DNA of 15,836 bases from Candidatus Krumholzibacteriia bacterium. Its GTDB lineage: Bacteria; Krumholzibacteriota; Krumholzibacteriia; WVZY01. Numbering within the stretch: position 1 is the first letter of the stretch; every line of letters starts with the position of its first letter. The stretch lies in contig JAZGDW010000154.1 in the NCBI GenBank assembly GCA_036478295.1, positions 1 through 15,836 of the forward strand. Reading direction: 5' to 3'. Under the pieces are notes generated by a model. That model was not told the origin of the DNA and made no database searches. It saw only the letters and a list, made by a program, of their open reading frames with translations. A program made the position numbers and the translations under genes. This document shows positions 15,507 through 15,836 of this stretch, piece after piece.

Positions 15507-15836
15507 ATGGCACCTCTCACTCGACACGCCTTTCTCGCCTTGATCCTCGTGCAGGCGGCACACTCCATCGAGGAGTATGTCTTCAAGCTCTACGAGGTAT
15601 TCGCGCCGGCACGAGCGGTTAGCGGGCTCGTGAGCGATAACCTCGCCGCAGGGTTCGTGATCGTAAATGGTCTGTTCGTCGCATTCGGGGTCTGGTGTTA
15701 CCTCGCGCGCGTCCGACCGGACCGCCATCCGCGCCCAATTGGATGTGGCCGTGGGTCCTGATCGAGGTCGCCAACGGGTTCGGCCACTCCACGGTAGCCC
15801 TCGTTCGAGGAGGCTATTTCCCCGGTGTGGCTACGG
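15507..15836 (+). pseudogene. HXXEE-domain membrane protein, frameshifted and running off the window
   Basis: AAHSIEEY motif. The called frame stops at 15761, but a shifted frame from about 15725 reads PSAPNWMWPWVLIEVANGFGHSTVALVRGGYFPGVAT, the expected HXXEE-family C-terminal half. Confidence 0.75.

Larger units (their letters stand above)
11159..15836 (+). mobile_element. Degenerating integron gene-cassette array with no integrase in the window (CALIN-like)
   Basis: Nine short, co-oriented, functionally unrelated ORFs. Several spacers have RYYTAAC...GTTRRRY-type cores and the internal CCGCAGCWGA-type arm typical of attC sites. The right boundary is unknown, and membership of the last ORFs is less certain. 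Confidence 0.7.

Overview
GC-rich bacterial window with three parts. (1) 68-10540 is an ordinary chromosomal block: a secreted heparinase II/III-like lyase with an FlgD-Ig/T9SS-like C-terminal domain, a ferredoxin-reductase-type flavoprotein, thyX, a DUF3524/GTDC1-like glycosyltransferase, a Cys/Met-metabolism PLP lyase, an alpha/beta hydrolase, a lipoprotein thermonuclease, and a TPR protein preceded by an apparent sigma54 promoter with IHF and enhancer-like sites. (2) About 10600-11160 is non-coding. It holds a perfect 22-bp inverted repeat and a five-copy GTCAACAACCCAAC array with alternating, mutually related spacers, which argues against a CRISPR array. (3) 11159 to the window end is a run of short, unrelated, co-oriented + strand ORFs separated by intact-to-decayed attC-like sites, with no integrase in the window. 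This looks like an eroding integron cassette array (CALIN-like), and the repeat array sits where intI would be expected. The protein families suggest an FCB-related candidate phylum such as Krumholzibacteriota or Latescibacterota (inference only). All calls are by eye; no searches were run.
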